From Octopus bimaculoides (lineage: Eukaryota), in assembly GCF_001194135.2 (NCBI RefSeq), contig NC_069007.1, positions 3,308,804-3,357,973 on the forward strand: 49,170 nucleotides of DNA, in the 5' to 3' direction. This document shows, piece by piece, positions 24,172 through 35,877 of this stretch. Both the position numbers and the translations under genes were made by a program. Within the stretch, counting starts at the first letter, position 1, and the number at the start of each line of letters is the position of its first letter. The notes under the pieces were generated by a model. It saw only the letters and a list, made by a program, of their open reading frames with translations. It did not search any database and was not told where the DNA came from.

Positions 24172-25247
24172 GTAAGCTGTTACTAATCGTACTTATTGTC
24201 ATCATGGTTTGAATTACAGGGAATATTTCCAGATATTATTTTAGACGATATTGAAATATCATATTTAAAGACTTAACGAGTTTCTTTTTGGAAATTTCCC
24301 TACCAGTGGCCTGGCATGTATAAAAAGTCAATAGACAACATTTTTGTTGTTGGCACTCCATCGCTTACGACGTCAAGGGTTCCAGTTGATCCGATCAACG
24401 GAACAGCCTGCTCGTGAAATTAACGTGCAAGTGGCTGAGCACTCCACAGACACGTGTACCCTAAACGTAGTTCTCGGGGATATTCAGCGTGACACAGAGT
24501 GTGACAAGGTTGACCCTTTGAATTACAGGCACAACAGAAACAGGAAGTAAGAGTGAGAGAAAGTTGTGGTGGAAGAGTACAGCAGGGTTCGCCACCATCC
24601 CCTGCCGGAGCCTCGTGGAGCTTTAGGTGTTTTCGCTCAATAAACACTCACAACGCCCGGTCTGGGAATCAAAGCCGCGATCCTATGACCGCAAGTCCGC
24701 TGCCCTAACCTCTGGGCCATTGCGCCTCCAATAGACAACATTTTTGTTGTTGGNNNNNNNNNNNNNNNNNNNNNNNNNNNNNNNNNNNNNNNNNNNNNNN
24801 NNNNNNNNNNNNNNNNNNNNNNNNNNNNNNNNNNNNNNNNNNNNNNNNNNNNNNNNNNNNNNNNNNNNNNNNNNNNNNNNNNNNNNNNNNNNNNNNNNNN
24901 NNNNNNNNNNNNNNNNNNNNNNNNNNNNNNNNNNNNNNNNNNNNNNNNNNNNNNNNNNNNNNNNNNNNNNNNNNNNNNNNNNNNNNNNNNNNNNNNNNNN
25001 NNNNNNNNNNNNNNNNNNNNNNNNNNNNNNNNNNNNNNNNNNNNNNNNNNNNNNNNNNNNNNNNNNNNNNNNNNNNNNNNNNNNNNNNNNNNNNNNNNNN
25101 NNNNNNNNNNNNNNNNNNNNNNNNNNNNNNNNNNNNNNNNNNNAATTTATAATTATCCAGTATTTTCGCTTTTCTTCATTGATTTAAAATTATTTATTAT
25201 TATTACTATTATTATTATTATTATTATTATTATTATGATGATGATTA

Positions 25248-25502
25248 TTATTGAGTGAGAGAGCAGTGCATGCCATCAAAGTGACACTGGGGTAAAATAT
25301 ATGAAACCCAGTATACCCATCATGACTGCCTGTCTGATAAGGGTACACCAGGCACATGCATCACAACCATATGTGCGTGACATGGTGATCTCATATCAAG
25401 TTAAACAGCACATGACCTTGCAGGTGGGGCCCAGTTAGAATTTTCTTCAGATCGAGTAGCCCATACCACTCAAAAGGTCCCTGAATAAGGGTTGTTTAAG
25501 GA
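25248..25502 (-). mobile_element. Probable retroelement 3' end with (TAA)n tail, family unassigned
   Basis: GC-richer block ending directly in a long (TAA)n tract at about 25193-25250 on the minus strand; single copy in window. Confidence 0.4.
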
Positions 25503-25805
25503 CGATGACATATACATATATGCATATGTATATGTTATCTGTTTATCTATCTTTCTATCTATCTATCTGTCTATCTATCTTTCTTCTATCTGTCTGTCTG
25601 CCTATCTATCTATCTGTTTATCTATCTGTCTGTCTATCTACCTGACTGTCTATCTATCTGTCTGTCTGTCTATCTCTGTCTGCCTATCTGTCTATCTATC
25701 TATTTTGCTAGCTAGCTATCCAATCTATCTATTTAGCTAGCTAGCTATCTATCTATCCATCCATCCATCAATCTATATATATATATATATATCATATATT
25801 TTCAG

Positions 25806-25964
25806 CCTTGTCCGTGCTGTCACACAGACTAACGTAGATATGCGTGTTGGAATACACAGCGGCAGAGTACACTGTGGTGTGTTGGGTTTACGCAAGTGGC
25901 AGTTTGATGTGTGGTCTAATGATGTGACCTTAGCCAATGCAATGGAAGCTGGTGGTCGGCCAGG
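25806..25964 (+). CDS. ADCY5: ADCY5/6-like exon 6 ([53 protein letters not shown])
   Basis: ttcag| ... GG|gtgagt; 159 nt, phase 2-2; class III cyclase signature. Absent from the ORF track. Confidence 0.98.
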
Positions 25965-26514
25965 GTGAGTATATAACAAATGAACAAACACATACACACA
26001 TGCACGCACACATATAAACACACTGGGAAGTGCAACCACAAGGTATTACTGGTATATTTTTAGTGAAATATAAAAGCTCCGACTGTACTCTCGGAGTGGT
26101 TGGCATTAGGAAGGTCATCCAGCTGTAGAAACCATGTCAAATCAGACGAGAGTCTGGTGCAGCTTTCCAGCCCCTGTCAAATTGTCCAACCCATGCCAGC
26201 ATGGACAACAGACATTAAATGATGATGATGACATCATCCTCATTTAATGTCCACTCTCCATGCTGGCATGGGTAGGATGATTTGACCAGGGCTGGCAAAC
26301 TGGACAGCTGCACCAGGCTCCAGTTTGATTCGGTTTGGTTTCTATGGCTGCATGCCCTTCCTAACGCCAACCACTTTACAGAGTGGGCCTTCACATGGCA
26401 CCAACACAAGTGCTTTGTACATGACACTGGCACGGGCCTGTTGCAGGCTAACCCTTTTCACCTGGAGGGAGTGACCTTAACACTTCTTTTCTGGAGTACG
26501 GGCCTTCTTCTTGA

Positions 26515-26555
<41 letters not shown>

Positions 26556-26750
26556 CTTACACACACACACGCATATATATACATATATACAATGGGCTCT
26601 TTTCAGTTTCCATCTACCAAATCCACTCACGAGGCTTTGGTCGGCCTGAGGCTATAGTAGAAGGCACTTGCCCAAGGTGTCACACAGTGGGACTGAACCC
26701 GGAAACATGTGATTGGGAAGTAAGCTTCTTACCACACAGCCATGCCTGCA

Positions 26751-26816
<66 letters not shown>

Positions 26817-27603
26817 CATATATATATATATACATACATATACATACATATATATATATACGTTCAGTATTCCTCCAAGAAACACGGTCAATCATTCTCT
26901 TTAAATTGTTGTGGTAATTAGTTGTTGATCAAATATGAAACATTAGGAATCACCCATTTCCTTCTTTCAAAATCTTTTTAGAAGTGACAACGATGATTCA
27001 GTCATGCGTATTATGTAACGAATATTTCATTATAACACCAGCAGTCATTTAATCAGAACCTATCAGAGAAATATAATACATAGAATGATTTACTTATTAC
27101 ATTTGAATATGAAAACATTTTGCATTGGATTAAAGTGAGAGAGGCTAAGTTTCAGAAAGTCAACAAGCAGTAAAGAAAAAAAATGTCACTTGTATTTTTT
27201 GATATTGTAATTTGGTAGGAAACACTAATTAAATGAAACATGTGTGTCTGGCTATTTAAAGTGCCAGCAAAAAGACAAGCAGGGTTTCTAATGAATCAGT
27301 GCTTATCAGAATAGTATTAAGTTACATGTCTGGTCACAGCTGAAAACCACAGACTCACCATCTACTTGATTTGAAGCTAAGCAATTTGTTGACTTTATAT
27401 ATATATAATACAAATAATATATGAGTATATGCATATATACGTACATGTATGTACATACCTACATCTACATGTATATATAGATGCATATCTGGGTACATGA
27501 TGTTGCAAAAAAACGTGGACAAAATGATAAACAGAGTACAGAAAACACACAGGCCACATAGAGAACATTTCCTTCATCAGCTGCTACCATTCTAAAACTA
27601 AGC

Positions 27604-27638
<35 letters not shown>

Positions 27639-28359
27639 CACCCACTACACTCTCTGAGTGGTTGGCGTTAGGAAGGGCATCCAGCTGTAGAAACTCTTCC
27701 AAATCACATTGGAGCCTGGTGTAGCCATCTGGTNNNNNNNNNNNNNNNNNNNNNNNNNNNNNNNNNNNNNNNNNNNNNNNNNNNNNNNNNNNNNNNNNNN
27801 NNNNNNNNNNNNNNNNNNNNNNNNNNNNNNNNNNNNNNNNNNNNNNNNNNNNNNNNNNNNNNNNNNNNNNNNNNNNNNNNNNNNNNNNNNNNNNNNNNNN
27901 NNNNNNNNNNNNNNNNNNNNNNNNNNNNNNNNNNNNNNNNNNNNNNNNNNNNNNNNNNNNNNNNNNNNNNNNNNNNNNNNNNNNNNNNNNNNNNNNNNNN
28001 NNNNNNNNNNNNNNNNNNNNNNNNNNNNNNNNNNNNNNNNNNNNNNNNNNNNNNNNNNNNNNNNNNNNNNNNNNNNNNNNNNNNNNNNNNNNNNNNNNNN
28101 NNNNNNNNNNNNNNNNNNNNNNNNNNNNNNNNNNNNNNNNNNNNNNNNNNNNNNNNNNNNNNNNNNNNNNNNNNNNNNNNNNNNNNNNNNNNNNNNNNNN
28201 NNNNNNNNNNNNNNNNNNNNNNNNNNNNNNNNNNNNNNNNNNNNNNNNNNNNNNNNNNNNNNNNNNNNNNGTAGGAGTGGATGAAAAGTGTGTTGGATGG
28301 GACACAACTCTTCTAGAACTCGGGTCCGTGGACGGGTCTTCTCTAAAACCCCACCAAAC

Positions 28360-28592
28360 GGTCCAGATGGACAATATGCAATCTGAACCTTTCCCCTCTT
28401 GTTTATTAATTTTTTTTACGGAATCCCACGTTTTAGGCTATGGAGATTCCGATGCTGAAAAAAAATTTTTCAAAAATCTCAAATTCAAAATTTCGATTTT
28501 TTTTTTTTTTCAGAATCGGAATCTCCATAGCCTAAAAAAAAATTAATAAATAAGGGGGGAAAGGTTCAGATTGCATATTATCCATCTGGACC
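28360..28592. mobile_element. Foldback MITE, GGTCCAGATG termini, 8-bp TSD CACCAAAC
   Basis: Arms are reverse complements over most of the length; identical 8-mers at 28352-28359 and 28593-28600. Confidence 0.85.
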
Positions 28593-28734
28593 CACCAAAC
28601 ATCTCGGTCCATTGTCATTTCGGATCTTTCTGAATTGACGGACACCACTTTTTACATTTATGTTTTATGTAGTGTTTTTGGTACCGAAACACTTTGAAAC
28701 TTCGTATACTTGAGCCCCAACATCTTAAGATCGG

Positions 28735-29137
28735 TCCTCACCCCTTAATTCCATGTCTTCCTGGGTTTCCCTCTTCCACAGGTATCATCCACTTTCAGCA
28801 ACAGGTACTTCTGTACACACCTGTCTTCACTCGTACCCATCACATGTCCAAACCGATGCGGTCTCCTCTCCTGCAATACCACATTTAATCCCTCTTAAGC
28901 CTGACTTTGCTCTCAACGTCCTTTGTCCGTCATGCACTCCGATGTTGTAAATCCAACGGAGCATACTAACCTTCATTCCTCTCCAGCCTCCGCATCTCCT
29001 CTTGCAGTCACAGCCCGTGTTTCACTCCCATCTAACAAAGCCATGTCTCACACAAGCATCATACAATATACCATTCACTGAGAGAATCCTTTTGCTGCCA
29101 ACAGAGGTAGCAGTTCTCTGAACTTCCTCCATCCTAT
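28735..29137 (-). mobile_element. RTE-like LINE fragment, post-RT region
   Basis: RIRIGWRKFRELLPLL...KG and GRGKPRKTW motifs with frameshifts. Confidence 0.75.
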
Positions 29138-29254
29138 TCTTATTCTATGTATGTATATGTATGTCTTTATATGCGCGTGTATATANNNNNNNNNNNNNNN
29201 NNNNNNNNNNNNNNNNNNNNNNNNNNNNNNNNNNNNNNNNNNNNNNNNNNNNNN

Positions 29255-29292
<38 letters not shown>

Positions 29293-29853
29293 GTGGAGAA
29301 TGGAGAAACAAACACAAGAAGAAGCAAACTGCGGTTTAGACGATGAATTACCTGCCTCTGGATACCTTCTAACAAAGACGGTACCCACACAGGTAATCTC
29401 CAGGAGTGCCTTCGGATTTAACTATCCCCTGGTTGCTTAGATACTTCAGACTACCTCTTGAATATCGAAGCAATCCTATCATATACCTATATATATATAT
29501 ATAGGTGAGAAGAAAACGGAGGACTAATAACAAATATAAGTGTGTCTTTTGCACTAGTAAGACACACTTCTGTTAGTTATTTTCCCCCCATTTTCTTGTC
29601 GCCTTTATAAATTAAACTACAGTTACCCACCAAATTCCCTGCTGCCGTGTACCTTTTACCAAGGAATATACCCACTGGGGTAATTACCAGAAGTGCCTTT
29701 GGATATATCTATCCCTTAGGGGCTTTAAACACCTCTAACTTATACCTGTATATATATATTGTTTCACTTTTGACACGTAATACTGCAATAGTGGAGATGT
29801 GATGTTGCACTGGGTTCGCACTAGGCAAAAAGTTAAAAAATTTGGGGGCCTAA

Positions 29854-30306
29854 AACACTACATGGACCCCTAAGTAAGGCATGCGTAAAATTTGAATGAA
29901 ATTGGTTGTGTAGTTCTCAAGTTTTAGGGGATTCACAGACAGACAGACACACATTCTCAGAGCAATGAATGTAAAAATAGTTTTCCGCAAGATATATTGT
30001 AGACAATTCAAAATTATCCATGAATATATCAGAGGCCAGAGCATGCAATGAAAAAGTTATTTATGGCAGCTTTGACTGCTATTTCTAGGCATGTGAGGGT
30101 TTTTAACCCTCTCCGTTATAACTGTGATTTATTCACAATTATTGCACACTTCTTTTATATATATACATTCATTCCTCTTTTGATGAGAACGTGTGAGTCT
30201 GTCTGTGTGAATCCCCTGAAACTGTGTGAATCCCTAAAACTTGAGAACTACACAACCAATTCCATTCAAATTTTACGCATGCCTTACTTAGGGTCCATGT
30301 AGTGTT
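29854..30306. repeat. Inverted pair of DINE-1-like core repeats
   Basis: 29854-29973 is the reverse complement of 30164-30306 (AACACTACATGGACCC...TTCTCAAGTTTTAGGG...CAGACAGAC). Confidence 0.85.
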
Positions 30307-30659
30307 CCACGTCTCCCTATTCTAATGTCAGACAGTTTCACTTTAATACTGAAACTATTAAAGTGAAAATATTATCTCATATATATGTATCTCACATATA
30401 TACAATAACTATAAAAACACTGTCTGGTAACATATAAAATATAAACTGAAGCTAAAACTTATTAAAATATTCTTATTGTTTCTTCAACTTACCGGACAAG
30501 GGCTCCTGGCTCCCTTTACTGCAGACGAAGGAGTCAAAAACGAAGATATTTTGACATGTCCGGGCAAACACAAACAGACTTCATGCTGAATGCGAAACTC
30601 CCGCTAAATTAGCCACAAAAACACAAACACAAACACACACACACACAAACGCACACACA

Positions 30660-30698
<39 letters not shown>

Positions 30699-31503
30699 AC
30701 AGACACAGACACACGCGCGCTTCCATTTCTTACATCTTCTTTCAACTCAACTTCTGCTCTCTGCAAATAAAGTTTTTACGGATACAACTGCTTACAAAAT
30801 CAGGGATTAATGTATAATTTCTTTCTATGTTCATAANNNNNNNNNNNNNNNNNNNNNNNNNNNNNNNNNNNNNNNNNNNNNNNNNNNNNNNNNNNNNNNN
30901 NNNNNNNNNNNNNNNNNNNNNNNNNNNNNNNNNNNNNNNNNNNNNNNNNNNNNNNNNNNNNNNNNNNNNNNNNNNNNNNNNNNNNNNNNNNNNNNNNNNN
31001 NTGTTTCAGTCATTTCACTGCGGCCATGCTGGAGCACCGCCTTTAGTCGAGCAAATCGACCCCGGGACTTATTCTTTGTAAGCCTAGTACTTATTCTATC
31101 GGTCACTTTTGACGAACCGCTAAGTGACGGAGACATAAACACACCAGCATCGGTTGTCAAGCAATGCTAGGGGGACAAACACACACACACACAAACACAC
31201 ACACATATACATATATATATATATACATATATACGACGGGCTTCTTTCAGTTTCCGTCTACCAAATCCACTCACAAGGCCTTGGTCGGCCCGAGGCTATA
31301 GTAGAAGACACTTGCCCAAGATGCCACGCAGGTACAATAGAATAACTTTCACAAACACACGACGTACAACTTCGTTCTTCAGGAGTTTTCAAACTTTACA
31401 TAATAGGCACATTTGTCGGATTAAGACAGTAGGGTGTTTTGAGGGAGATTTGGCTGCTATTTTTACAAGGTCTAGATACCATGTACAGGTCTGATCTTAA
31501 TTT

Positions 31504-31903
31504 GGTCAAACTAAAGAGTTTGACCCGAGCTCAAAAACAAAAAACAAAATTAGTGTAATAGATGTAAAACAATATGAAAGAAAAACTGCGCGCTCGCGAA
31601 AGTGGGGGGAGACCGAGTCCTTTCCCCAGGCCCCTTTCACAAGCGCGCATTTTTTTCTTTCATATTCGTTCACAGCAAGTTGTTTTACACCTATTACACT
31701 AATTATTTTTTGTTTTTGAGCTCGGATCAAACACTATAGTTTAGAGGTCATGGACTGACGATGTGAATCTTCCGAGTCGTCTCCCCCACCCTGTTCGCGA
31801 GCGCGCATTTTTTTCTTCATATTCGTTCCCAGCAAGTTTTTATTACACCTATTACACTAATTTTTTTCGTTTTTAAGCTCGGGTCAAACTAAAGCGTTTG
31901 ACC
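31504..31903. mobile_element. Foldback MITE, GGTCAAAC termini, 8-bp TSD CTTAATTT
   Basis: TSD at 31496-31503 and 31904-31911; one left arm and two right arms. Confidence 0.82.
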
Positions 31904-32515
31904 CTTAATTTTCATTCAAAAATTTAACGTAATCTTTTCCATAACTCAACCATCGTAAACATTTTCTATATATGTGTGTGTACCTTAAAAGATGTCAATC
32001 ATCATGACATATACCTTCACTCACTCACTCACTCACTCAAACTCTCTTTCTCACCCTCTTTCTCTCTCACATACACACGCACGCGCGCACGCACACATCC
32101 GCGCGCGCGCACACACACACACACACACATACACGTCCATTTCATATATCTTTCAACTTCTCCAAATAAAATTTTTTACGGATGCAACTGCTTACAAAAA
32201 TAGGGATTAATGTATAATTTCTTTCTATGTTCATAATTAAATCAATGTTTTTAATGATTAGAGAGACGTCCAATAGAATAGCTCTCAGAAACAGACTACG
32301 TACAAATTCGTTCTTCACAACTCCTGAAGCTGTTTTCTGACAAGGAGGGGAGAGTCAGGAAATGTTCATACAGCTGGAGGCCTCAGTAGAAACAGGGTAC
32401 CCGATATGGTAAGGTTGAGAAACGCTGTTATAGATTATGCCTAACCGAAAAAGATCATGGCCACAGCATCCAAACAGACCGGGTGAAACCGGGCTTAGCT
32501 GCTAGTATATATATA

Positions 32516-32605
<90 letters not shown>

Positions 32606-32684
32606 TGCAATCACATGAAAACACACATTATCTCAAATACTGTTCAATTAAATGAGAGGATCTATCTGTCTGTGTGTCTTTCAG

Positions 32685-32829
32685 ATGGGTGCATGTTACA
32701 GAAGACACCCTGAACTATTTGGGGAACGACTATGAGGTGATACCCGGAGAAGGGGACAAACGGAACAACTATTTGAAGGAGAACAACGTGAAGACTTTCT
32801 TCATCAAAGCAGATTCTTACAGACAAAAG
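32685..32829 (+). CDS. ADCY5: ADCY5/6-like exon 7 (WVHVTEDTLNYLGNDYEVIPGEGDKRNNYLKENNVKTFFIKADSYRQK)
   Basis: tttcag| ... AAG|gtaag; 145 nt, phase 2-0; matches the end of C1a. Confidence 0.96.
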
Positions 32830-33925
32830 GTAAGATTGGACCTTAGTGATGTTGAGGAGTGGTGGTGGTGGTGGGGTGGGGTAGTGCTGGACGCCATGGT
32901 AGATGTAGGTGTATGCACCTCCACCACCACCGTTAATATCATCAGCAACAGAAGCAGCGCCACCACCATCACCACCACTATCATCGACATCATTGTCATC
33001 ATCGTCATCATCACCAGTACCAGAAGTGGCATCCTCATCCTCCTCCTCCTCATCATCATCATCACCAGTAGCAGCAGCAGCATCTTCATCATCAGCAGTA
33101 GTAGCGGCAGCAACAGCAGCAGAAGCAGTGACCCCCACCATCACCACCGCCATCATCAACATCATCACCAGTTGCAGCAGCATCCTCATCATCTTCAGCG
33201 ACAGCAGCGCCACCACCATCATCATCAACAACATCATCTTTGTCATCATCGTCATCATCATCATCACCACCACCACCACCACCACCACCACCACCACCAC
33301 CACCACCAGTATCCTCATCACCATTTTGTTTTTTTTCCATGCTCATACTATCATAGAATTTGGATGAGTCTGTTTATTGCAGTCTTTTGTCCCCTTTTTT
33401 TGTGAGGTCCCTCATCCCAAACTTAAACTTTTCCCTCATCTTTCCACCGATTCTTCATCCTTGGTCTTCCAGTCTCCCCTTTCTCTCCATTCTTCCCTCT
33501 TGGCCCCACCCACCCTGCTTCCTCTACCAAACTCTCATCTTCCAACCACATCTGGTGCCTCTACCAACTCGATTCCGTCTTTTACTCATCACAGCTAATT
33601 CTTTCATGTCATTGATTCCTTTCTTCTGACCTCTGACCTCTGACCTCTTGTTCTTGCATCCGACACAAGACATCTCGCAGAACTTGCTTGCTTTCTTTCC
33701 TTCTCTATAAATCCTCAGGCATTGCTTTGTGGTTAAGAAGCTGGTTTTGCAACCACATGATTTTGGTTTCAATTCCCCCTTGGGCCAGTGTCTTCTGCTA
33801 TAGCCTCAGGCCATCCAAAGCCTTGTGAGTGGATTTGATAGATGGAAACTGAAAGAAGCTTGGGCGAGTATCTCTGTATAGTGGCCCATCATATAGATAT
33901 ATATATGCAGGAGTGGCTATGTAGT

Positions 33926-34372
33926 AGAGAGAGACAGGTGTGCCAGAGAAAGAGACAGGTACACCAGAGAGAGAGAGACAGGTGTGCCACAGAGAGACAC
34001 AGGTGTGCCAGAGGGAGACAGGTGCGCCAGAGAGAGAAAGAGAGAGAGACAGGTGCACCAGAGAGAGAGACAGGTGTGCCACAGAGAGACACAGGTGTGC
34101 CACAGAGAGACAGATGCGCCAGAGAGAGAAAGAGAGAGAGACAGGTGCACCAGAGAGAGAGACAGGTGTGCCAGAGAGAGAGACAGGTGTGCCACAGAGA
34201 GAGACAGGTGTGCCAGAGAGAGACAGGTGTGCCAGAGAGAGAGACAGGTACACCAGAGAGAGACAGGTGTGCCAGAGAGAGAGAGACAGGTGCACTAGAG
34301 AGAGAGAGAGAGGCAGAAGTGCCAGAGAGAGACATGTATGCCAGAGAGAGAGACAGGTGTACCAAGGAGAGA
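33926..34372 (+). repeat. Minisatellite, about 20 units of (GA)n-CAGGTGTGCCA
   Basis: Core counted directly; variants CAGGTACACCA, CAGGTGCACCA, CAGGTGCGCCA. Confidence 0.95.
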
Positions 34373-34407
34373 TCTTTAGTGATTGTACTGAAACTCTTCT
34401 TTTGCAG

Positions 34408-34499
34408 CCAAAGAAGATTGAAACGTTGGACAGTAGAACTCCAAAGCATAAACAACAAAAGAAACTGAGCTTCAAAAGTAACGTCGGCATCCATCAGAA
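34408..34499 (+). CDS. ADCY5: ADCY5/6-like exon 8: variable C1b (PKKIETLDSRTPKHKQQKKLSFKSNVGIHQ)
   Basis: ctcttcttttgcag| ... AA|gtaagc; 92 nt, phase 0-2; supplies the phase needed to join exon 7 (ends phase 0) to exon 9 (starts phase 2). Weak homology. Confidence 0.8.
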
Positions 34500-35877
34500 G
34501 TAAGCATTTCGTGTTTATACATACATGTATACGTGTGTGTGTGTCTGTGTGTCCCTACCTTCCCCAATTCATGTGTTTATACATGTGTGTGTCTGTCCCT
34601 CACTCACTTTGACCCCATCTAACTTCCCCTATGCATGCATTGTTGGTCATCCATCAGATGTAATTGTTATGCATTTGTACATGTATGTGTGTGTATGTGT
34701 GTGTCCCAGTCTCTGTGACTCCTGTCTCCCTTCCTTAATTCAGGTATTGTCAGTCATCCATCAGATGTAAGCATTATGTGTTTATACATGTATTTATACA
34801 TGTGTGTGTATGTCCCATTCTGAGACCTCCTTTCTACCTTTCCCGCAACTCATGCATCTTTGGTCATCCATCACTTGCTTCCATCCACCCTTCAATCCTA
34901 CCCAATCTTTAAAGCTATTACCTACCTCCCCATCCCCTCCTCTATCTCATGCTCTCCCCACCACCACCACTACTCACACACGCACACATACACTCTCCTG
35001 CGAACACCCACCCCGCACTCTTAGTTCCACACTCTCAACAGATAGAACACTTAAGCTGGATGTGGCTCGATTAACCCCATACCATTCAGATATTACTGTC
35101 AAATGTAATGCTTATTTATTCACATTGCTTTGATATAATCACAGATTATCTCATAGCTTCCAGATTTCAATAATAACATTGTAGGGTGAGAGACCATTGT
35201 CGCAGGCCAGATCTGGCCAGTTTTGACCATAAAATAGGTTGAATATTTGGTCAAATGAACTCAATGTATGTATGTGTGTTTCCTTGTCTTGGCATTGCAT
35301 AATGGTCGTAAATGAGTGCCAATGTCATACAAGCAGTGTCGTTCGTTTCTAATATTCTGTGAGAATGTCTGATCATCATCATCATCATCATCATCGTTTA
35401 ACGTCCGCTTTCCATGCTAGCATGGGTTGGACGATTTGACTGAGGACTGGTGAAACCAGATGGCTACACCAGGCTCCAATCTGATTTGGCAGAGTTTCTA
35501 CAGCTGGATGCCCTTCCCAACGCCAGGATGCCCTTCCTAACGCCAGGATGCCCTTCCTAACGCCAGGGAAATATTACCATGTTTGGAAACAAGTGAAGGT
35601 TAGCAACAGGAAGGGCATCCAGCCATAGAAAAGTTTTCTGTAGATAAATTCTCTCTGACTCATGCAAGCATGGAAAAGTGGACGTTTGATGATGATGATG
35701 ATGATGACAATCATGATGATGATGACAATGGTGGTGGTGATGGTGGTGATGATGATGATGATGATGATGATGATAACGATGGTGGTGATGATGATGAAGA
35801 CAAAGATGCTGATGGTGATGATGATGATGGTGGTGATGGACAGCATACAGACATGACTTTCCTCTCTTTTGTTCCAG

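Noticed and set aside
27574-27580. CTGATGA on the minus strand
   Set aside because: No stem II-GAAAC downstream.
33798-34494. Long repetitive ORFs (ERQVCQRE / LSLWHTCLS) on both strands
   Set aside because: Products of the GA-CAGGTG minisatellite; only 34408-34499 is exonic.
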